From: an uncultured Solirubrobacteraceae bacterium
Lineage (GTDB): Bacteria > Actinomycetota > Thermoleophilia > Solirubrobacterales > Solirubrobacteraceae
Reading direction: 5' to 3'
DNA: 64,000 nt
Assembly (NCBI GenBank): GCA_963734755.1
Contig: CAVTIF010000001.1
Span: 244,885 to 308,884 of the forward strand
In this document: positions 58,284 through 64,000 of the stretch, in pieces
Position numbering within the stretch: position 1 is the stretch's first letter
Layout of the letters: every line of letters begins with the position of its first letter
Translations under genes and position numbers: made by a program
The notes under the pieces: model-generated
Told to the model about the DNA's origin: nothing
The model's input: the letters and a program-made list of their open reading frames with translations, nothing else
Database searches by the model: none

Positions 58284-59015
58284 ATGACAGACCGCTGGTT
58301 TTCGCAGGAGGAGCTCGAGCAGCTTTCGCGGCCGACGATGGACAGGGCGATCGAGGCGATCGACGCCGGCGAACTGGAGGAGGCGCGGCGCCTGTGCGCC
58401 GAGATGAAGCACGAGTGGCAGATGCTCCACGACCTGATGGCCGCGGGCGTCCTGGACCTCGTGTCGTTCATCCAGCAGCGTCTCGGCGAGGATGGCGTCG
58501 CTGAGGCCTGGACCGAGAGCATGGGGCGTGGCTGGCGTCGCCACCACGACGCGATCGTCGCGCTCGATCGGCGCGACCTGGTCGGCCTGCTGGCGGCCAC
58601 GTGGCGCGCGCACTCGTGCTCGGGGGTGGGGCCAAACCCGGGCAGCTTCACGATCGTCGAGGACGACGAGAAGGTGACGTTCACGATGAACCCGTGCGGT
58701 TCCGGACAGCGGCTCGTCCGCAACGGCGCCTATGACGGGCTGCCCGACGGCGGGCGCACGCGGGAGGCGCACGACTGGTCGTTCGGCCGCAAGGGCTTCC
58801 CGCTTTACTGCACGCACTGCAGCTTCATGAACGAGTCGCTGCCGATCCAGTGGTCCGGGTATCCGCTCTACCCGTCCGACCCGCCCGAGGACTACGCCAA
58901 GGACCCGTGCACCTGGTACTGGTACAAGGATCCCGACGCCATCCCCGAGCGCCACTACAGTCGCTACGGCGCCATCAGGCCGGGCGGATCCGGCGGCGGG
59001 GCAGATCCCGCCTGA
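58284..59015 (+). CDS. Conserved-looking hypothetical protein with Cys/His motifs
   Basis: Strong RBS (GGAGG); HD, AHSC, NPCGSG, YCTHC, DPCTW. Confidence 0.75.
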   Translation: MTDRWFSQEELEQLSRPTMDRAIEAIDAGELEEARRLCAEMKHEWQMLHDLMAAGVLDLVSFIQQRLGEDGVAEAWTESMGRGWRRHHDAIVALDRRDLVGLLAATWRAHSCSGVGPNPGSFTIVEDDEKVTFTMNPCGSGQRLVRNGAYDGLPDGGRTREAHDWSFGRKGFPLYCTHCSFMNESLPIQWSGYPLYPSDPPEDYAKDPCTWYWYKDPDAIPERHYSRYGAIRPGGSGGGADPA

Positions 59016-59056
59016 CGCGAGCCGCCCCGCTCAACTGTCGATCTTGGAGGTTCAGA

Positions 59057-59170
59057 ATGAGGCTCGAAGGCAAGGTTGCACTGATCACGGGCGCCACCGG
59101 CGGTATGGGCAGGCGCCTCGGCGCGGCTGTTCGCGAAAGAGTGCGCGACCGTCATGATCGCTGCGCGTCA
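59057..59170 (+). pseudogene. N-terminal remnant of an SDR
   Basis: MRLEGKVALITGATGGMG followed by a frameshift and abrupt loss of similarity. Confidence 0.65.
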
Positions 59171-59190
59171 CAAACAATCAAGGTCTTTGG

Positions 59191-59805
59191 ATGAGCGGTT
59201 TGGGCGATACGAGCGCGGGACACGGCAAGGTCGTAGTGAACAGGTGTATGTCGCTCGACGGCTTTATTGCCGCTGCCGGCCATGTGATGGATTGGGGCGC
59301 TGGTCGCCAGCTCGCCGACTTCGTCGGCCCGGACGAGTTCCATGAGATCGTGGCGGCGACCGGCGCCATGCTCGTCGGCCGGCGGACCTCCGACGTCGGA
59401 GACAGGATGCAGGCGGAGAAGCCGGGCAGTGTCGATTACCCCTTTTCGGGACCCGTATTCGTACTCACCCATCGGCCACCCGAGCCACCGAATCCGGGTA
59501 TCACGTACCTCACCGGTGACATCGGGGACGCGGTCGCCACGGCGCGCCGCGCTGCAGGCGCCAAGAACGTGGAGATCCTCGGCGCCGACGTAGCGGCCCA
59601 GTGCCTGCAGCGGGGCCTTGTCGAGGAGATCCTGGTGTACGTACTGCCGGTACTGCTCGGCGACGGCATCCGATTCTCCCCGCCGAGCCTCCCCCGGATC
59701 GACCTGGAACCGGTCAGCGCCACGCGGTCGGGAAGCGTCACTATCCTCCGGTTTCGCGTCTGCAGGGGCAGATGGCCGACCTCAACCGTCCGCCGGGCCG
59801 ACTAG
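59191..59805 (+). CDS. Dihydrofolate-reductase-fold (RibD C-terminal) protein
   Basis: MSLDGFIA, LVGRRT, VFVLTH, LPVLLGDG. Confidence 0.85.
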   Translation: MSGLGDTSAGHGKVVVNRCMSLDGFIAAAGHVMDWGAGRQLADFVGPDEFHEIVAATGAMLVGRRTSDVGDRMQAEKPGSVDYPFSGPVFVLTHRPPEPPNPGITYLTGDIGDAVATARRAAGAKNVEILGADVAAQCLQRGLVEEILVYVLPVLLGDGIRFSPPSLPRIDLEPVSATRSGSVTILRFRVCRGRWPTSTVRRAD

Positions 59806-59886
59806 GCTCTGGTGCTGGGCTGGGCTGGGCCTAGCGCGATAAGCACTTTGACTGTATATTAGGCGAGATGGGGTTTGATGTAACAA

Positions 59887-61737
59887 ATGAATCACGATGT
59901 GAAAGGCGCAAACGAACCTCCAGAGCTGGGCGACTCACCGAGTCGGCTCGACGCCATTTACCGGCGACCACTTTCGGCTCGTCGTACGGGGCCGCTCTAC
60001 AACGCCTTCTCATATCCAACAAAGATCTCTCCGGAGACGATCGCCCTATACGTCGCGACTCACACTAAGCCAGGTGACACCGTGCTAGATGTCTTCGCCG
60101 GAAGTGGCACCACGGGCCTCGCGGCGAAGCTGTGTGATACTCCCACTGATGCGATGTTGACGCAGGCCCGTCACGCAGGGTTAGACCCGGTATGGGGTCC
60201 TCGCAAGGCTGTCCTCTATGAGCTCGGTGTCCTTGGGGCGTTTGTGTCGCGGGTCATGTGCAATCCGCCGGACCCCGGCCGCTTTGTCACGGCTGCAAAC
60301 GAAGTCCTCGAGAATGTGTCTCGGACGCATGGCTGGATATATGAGACCTTGGACGACGAGGGGCAAGCCGGTGAACTCCGGCATATCGTATGGTCGGACG
60401 TGCTGGCATGTCCGGAGTGTGAGGCCACAATTCCCTATTGGGATGCCCGAGTACGATTCTCCCCGCTGCACCTAGCCGATTCCTTCTCGTGCCCATGCTG
60501 CGGTATCGAAATATCGCCGGACGACTGCGAGCGCGTGATGCACAGGGTGTTCGACCCCTTGCTTGCCAGGGAGGTGGAGCGCAAACAACGCGTCCCCGCG
60601 ATCGTCTACGGAATAACGGCTGGCCGTCGTTGGCGGCGAGCGGCCACGGAGGACGACATCCAGCTCGCGGCCCGTGTCGCGGGAGAGCCTGTGTCGTCTG
60701 TTGCTCCGCGCAGAGAGGTTGAGTGGGGCGATCTCCACCGATCTGGCTACCACCGGGGGATCACTCACGTACATCACTTCTACACGCCGCGTAACTTCCT
60801 CGCTCTGGACGCTCTGTGGGCGGCGATCGACGGCCAGCCGGAAGACCTTCGCGACGCGTTGCGCCTGCTCGTACTGAGCTTCAACGCCTCGCACGCGACC
60901 GACATGACAAGGGTCGTTGTTAAGAGGGGGCAGGCAGATTTCGTGCTGACCGGCGCCCAAAGCGGGGTGCTGTATATCAGTGGCCTTCCGGTTGAGAAGA
61001 ACGTGTTTAAGGGTGTCGCACGGAAGCTCGGCACACTCAGGGATGCGTTTAGCTTGATTTTCGACAGCTGCAGCCAGGTTGATGTGGTGAATCAGAGCAG
61101 CACTTCATTGGCCATCCCGGATGCTTCCATTGATTACGTGTTCACAGATCCGCCATTTGGAAGCTACATTCCATACGCTGAGTTGTCTCAGCTCAATGAG
61201 GTCTGGCTTGGAACGACGACAGACCGACGGGAAGAGGTCATTGTGAGCCGCGGCCAGGAGAAGAGCGTCGAGGACTACGGCGAACTCATGGCAACCGTCT
61301 TTTCAGAGGTCGTGCGTGTCATGAAGGACGACGCGAGGATGACACTCATATTTCACTCGGCACACTCGTCGGTGTGGCGTGCCCTTACGGATGCAGTTGG
61401 GCAGTCCGGCCTAGCCATCAAAGGCGCAAGCGTTCTCGCAAAGGCTCAGGCAAGCTTCAAGCAGGTTGTATCCAGCGGCAGTGTCAAAGGCGATGCCGCG
61501 ATTCTATTGACGAAGGCCGAGCCACGAGTTGAGCGCGGTGATGTGCGGAGCCGGTCAGTCGACGAAATCGTTCGCAAGGTCGTGTCGGCGGCCGTTCATA
61601 GTCGGCATCCTGAGGAGCTGAGCCGTGAGCGCATGTTTTCGCGCTTCGTTACTACGTGCCTCACTGAGGGTGTACCTGTAACGGTCGATGCGGCGCACTT
61701 TTATGGCTTGAAGGCGGTCGGCGAGGCTTTGCGGTGA
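59887..61737 (+). CDS. Amino (N6/N4) DNA methyltransferase with a Zn-ribbon insertion
   Basis: Motif I DVFAGSGTTG, CPEC...CPCC, motif IV FTDPPF. Confidence 0.85.
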   Translation: MNHDVKGANEPPELGDSPSRLDAIYRRPLSARRTGPLYNAFSYPTKISPETIALYVATHTKPGDTVLDVFAGSGTTGLAAKLCDTPTDAMLTQARHAGLDPVWGPRKAVLYELGVLGAFVSRVMCNPPDPGRFVTAANEVLENVSRTHGWIYETLDDEGQAGELRHIVWSDVLACPECEATIPYWDARVRFSPLHLADSFSCPCCGIEISPDDCERVMHRVFDPLLAREVERKQRVPAIVYGITAGRRWRRAATEDDIQLAARVAGEPVSSVAPRREVEWGDLHRSGYHRGITHVHHFYTPRNFLALDALWAAIDGQPEDLRDALRLLVLSFNASHATDMTRVVVKRGQADFVLTGAQSGVLYISGLPVEKNVFKGVARKLGTLRDAFSLIFDSCSQVDVVNQSSTSLAIPDASIDYVFTDPPFGSYIPYAELSQLNEVWLGTTTDRREEVIVSRGQEKSVEDYGELMATVFSEVVRVMKDDARMTLIFHSAHSSVWRALTDAVGQSGLAIKGASVLAKAQASFKQVVSSGSVKGDAAILLTKAEPRVERGDVRSRSVDEIVRKVVSAAVHSRHPEELSRERMFSRFVTTCLTEGVPVTVDAAHFYGLKAVGEALR

Positions 61738-63791
61738 TCGCGACGCATAGTTCGAGCGTCCGCGACGATGCAGCGACCAAGAAGCGACTCGGGCAGTATT
61801 TCACGAGCGAAAATCTCGCCAGACTCCTAGCGAGCGTCGGAGACGCGCACCGCGCCACCTCGATCCTTGATCCGATGGTAGGCGGCGGAGACATGCTTGC
61901 CGGTGCCGTGGCGTCAGGGGCGCGCCCACGAGTGCTCGCAGGTATCGAGATCGACGACCGATGCGTAGCGATTGCGCGCGCGCGCCTGAAAGGGCCGTTG
62001 GCACCCAGTCGGCTTGTACACGGAGACGCGTTCTCGTTGTCGACACTGCGAGAGCTGCCCTCGCTCGCGTGGGATCTCGTGATTACCAATCCGCCGTATG
62101 TCCGATACCAGAGCACGAGTAGCGGGGATGCAGCCCGGTTCCCGAGTGCAAGCGAGGTGCGTGCTGGGCTGCTGCGAGCACTAGACCATTGTGATGCGCT
62201 TTCAGATGACGATCGCGCGCTGTTTCGTCACCTGACGGCGACTTACTCGGGGCTGGCTGATCTGGCAGTACCCGCATGGCTGTTGTGCGCCGCTCTTGTG
62301 GCGCCCGGCGGGACGTTGGCGATGATTGTTCCGGACACTTGGCTAAGTCGCGATTACGCGGGCCCAATTCAGTACGTTCTCGCTCGCTGCTTCGAGGTTC
62401 GCTTCGTCGTCCGAGACTCCGATGCTGCCTGGTTCTCGGACGCTCTCGTGCGCACGACGCTCGTTGTTGCCGATCGGGTTACCCTCCGTCGCAGCGCCTT
62501 TGAGCAATCCGCCGATGCGGGCTTCATGGATGTCTCGCTCAGACGTGAGGCGGGTGACACGCGGAGCCTAGTGGGCGCCCTTTATCCTGACGCGAGCGAC
62601 CCGGACCGTGCATTTGCGACCGACGCCCACCGTTGGCGAGCGGCACGCAGCGGACCGGCGTCAGGGGCTCTCGACGCGGTGTGGGTGCCAGCTACCCACA
62701 CCGCATCCCTACTTAGTAGCGCGGCGCGGGGTCGGAGGTGGTTGGAGGCTGCTGAGGGTCTCACCGGTCGGCGTCCGCCGACTGTGGTGGCGCCTACATT
62801 GCCTCTGCGTGTGAAGCGGGTGATCGGTCGGAACAACCCAGAGTTTGTCGGCCTCGACACACTTGGATGGAAGGTGGGACAAGGCCTGCGTACAGGCGCC
62901 AACGCATTCTTTTACGGCGAGGCAACGGCCGAGCGCGCGAACAGAGTCGAGCTTGTGATGTCTCCCCGCCTCGGGGGACCTGTGCTGGGCGTCTCGGCAG
63001 ATGTCGCTCTCCCGGTCGTGAGGAACCAGGGTGATCTGCCAGAGTCTTTTACACTTCGGCCAGAGGCCGTGCCAGGGCGCGTGCTGGTGTTGTCCGAGTA
63101 CGCATTGCCAGAGGACGCGGAGCGTGATCGTGAGACATCTTCGTACCGCGTAATGGAGGAAGAGCTGGCTGGCTTCGTACGCGGGGCGGCGCGAATGAAT
63201 ATCGGGTCAGCAGCCAACCCCAAAATAGTCTCGCAGCTCTCCGCCGTCATAACGAACGTCCGCTCCGCAAAACGCAATGGCTCGCTAGTGCCAGCCCGTT
63301 ATTGGTATCAGCTGCCGGATCTCGCCGCACGACATCGTCCGGAGCTCTTCGTGCCACGGATAAATCATGGTCACCCGGTGACCTTCTTGAACTTCAAGCG
63401 AGTCACTGTGGTCGACGCGAACTTCTCGACGCTGTGGCGTGCGACCGAGAGCGGTCCCGCTAGCTCCCTCGCGATGCTCGCCCTTTTGAACAGCGCGTGG
63501 GTTCGGTCGGTCCTTGAGCTTTCGGCGACGGTGCTGGGCGGCGGCGCTCTCAAGGTAGAGGCGAGCCATCTACGTCGCCTCCCAATTCCGGTGATGAGTG
63601 ATGACACTTGGCGTCAGCTTGATCAGCTCGGCAAAAGGCTCGCTCGCCGGCCGCGCCGGCGCGGCGAGGCTCTTCTAAGGCAAATCGACGATGCCGTTAC
63701 GAGCGAGCTGACATCGCGCTGCAGCGCGTCTCCACTGGGTTCGGACTTGCGCGAGATAGCCGCCGCCGCCGCGGCCGGACGCCGTCGGTGA
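61734..63791 (+). CDS. Gamma-class N6-adenine DNA methyltransferase (Eco57I/TaqI-like) with C-terminal TRD
   Basis: LGQYFT, DPMVGGGDML, VITNPPYVRYQ; GTGA overlap with the upstream methyltransferase. Confidence 0.87.
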   Translation: MIATHSSSVRDDAATKKRLGQYFTSENLARLLASVGDAHRATSILDPMVGGGDMLAGAVASGARPRVLAGIEIDDRCVAIARARLKGPLAPSRLVHGDAFSLSTLRELPSLAWDLVITNPPYVRYQSTSSGDAARFPSASEVRAGLLRALDHCDALSDDDRALFRHLTATYSGLADLAVPAWLLCAALVAPGGTLAMIVPDTWLSRDYAGPIQYVLARCFEVRFVVRDSDAAWFSDALVRTTLVVADRVTLRRSAFEQSADAGFMDVSLRREAGDTRSLVGALYPDASDPDRAFATDAHRWRAARSGPASGALDAVWVPATHTASLLSSAARGRRWLEAAEGLTGRRPPTVVAPTLPLRVKRVIGRNNPEFVGLDTLGWKVGQGLRTGANAFFYGEATAERANRVELVMSPRLGGPVLGVSADVALPVVRNQGDLPESFTLRPEAVPGRVLVLSEYALPEDAERDRETSSYRVMEEELAGFVRGAARMNIGSAANPKIVSQLSAVITNVRSAKRNGSLVPARYWYQLPDLAARHRPELFVPRINHGHPVTFLNFKRVTVVDANFSTLWRATESGPASSLAMLALLNSAWVRSVLELSATVLGGGALKVEASHLRRLPIPVMSDDTWRQLDQLGKRLARRPRRRGEALLRQIDDAVTSELTSRCSASPLGSDLREIAAAAAAGRRR

Positions 63792-64000
63792 CGGTCGCTG
63801 AGTCGGTCGACGTTGGTGCCGTCGGCACTTTCGCCCGCTCTGCCACAGAGATCCTCGCTACTGGGCCAAATGAGGAGGTGCTCAAGCAGAACTTTCTGAC
63901 GCATCTTCCCCTGATGTTTCCGACGAGGCCGGGCTGGATCGCTCGGCACACTCGCGGGGCTGACGCTCAGACGGCCTACGGCGATGCCGACCGGACGCGG
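63788..64000 (+). CDS. Third, coupled gene of the methyltransferase operon (partial; possible endonuclease)
   Basis: GTG overlaps the upstream TGA; open to the window edge (MTVAESV...NEEVLKQNFLTHLPLMFP...W); absent from the ORF track. Confidence 0.6.
   Translation, partial: MTVAESVDVGAVGTFARSATEILATGPNEEVLKQNFLTHLPLMFPTRPGWIARHTRGADAQTAYGDADRTR

Overview
High-GC actinobacterial DNA; the gene content suggests Thermoleophilia/Solirubrobacterales (inference, not checked). Core-type blocks: HD-GYP, LLM, GNAT, Tat-exported ferritin-like genes with tatA/tatC and a SigK/RskA-like ECF pair, ArsR-SRPBCC-YciI, photolyase, SDRs and methyltransferases, galTK with a sugar ABC transporter, and an L,D-transpeptidase. 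Accessory regions: (1) an intact IS701 with 16-bp IRs and a CTAA duplication; (2) an island starting at tRNA-Ser(GGA), about 24.6-38 kb, divided by at least 7 degenerate copies of the tRNA 3' end into small integrase-less cassettes carrying about 7 toxin-antitoxin modules and a HEPN-like protein; (3) a decayed 6-kb two-integrase element between 47-bp att repeats at tRNA-Arg(ACG); (4) a two-methyltransferase RM-like operon running off the right edge. The best candidates for undescribed biology are the tRNA-anchored cassette array, with its conserved att-spanning mini-ORF, and a chorismate lyase + aryl-AMP ligase-ACP-acyltransferase fusion next to pobA. A shared promoter motif (TGATCC-N15-(C/G)CG(T/A)A) predicts an ECF regulon of Tat-exported ferritin-like proteins. 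The many single-base frameshifts at 4.7-7.7 kb are probably assembly errors. All family assignments come from motif recognition by eye; no searches were run.
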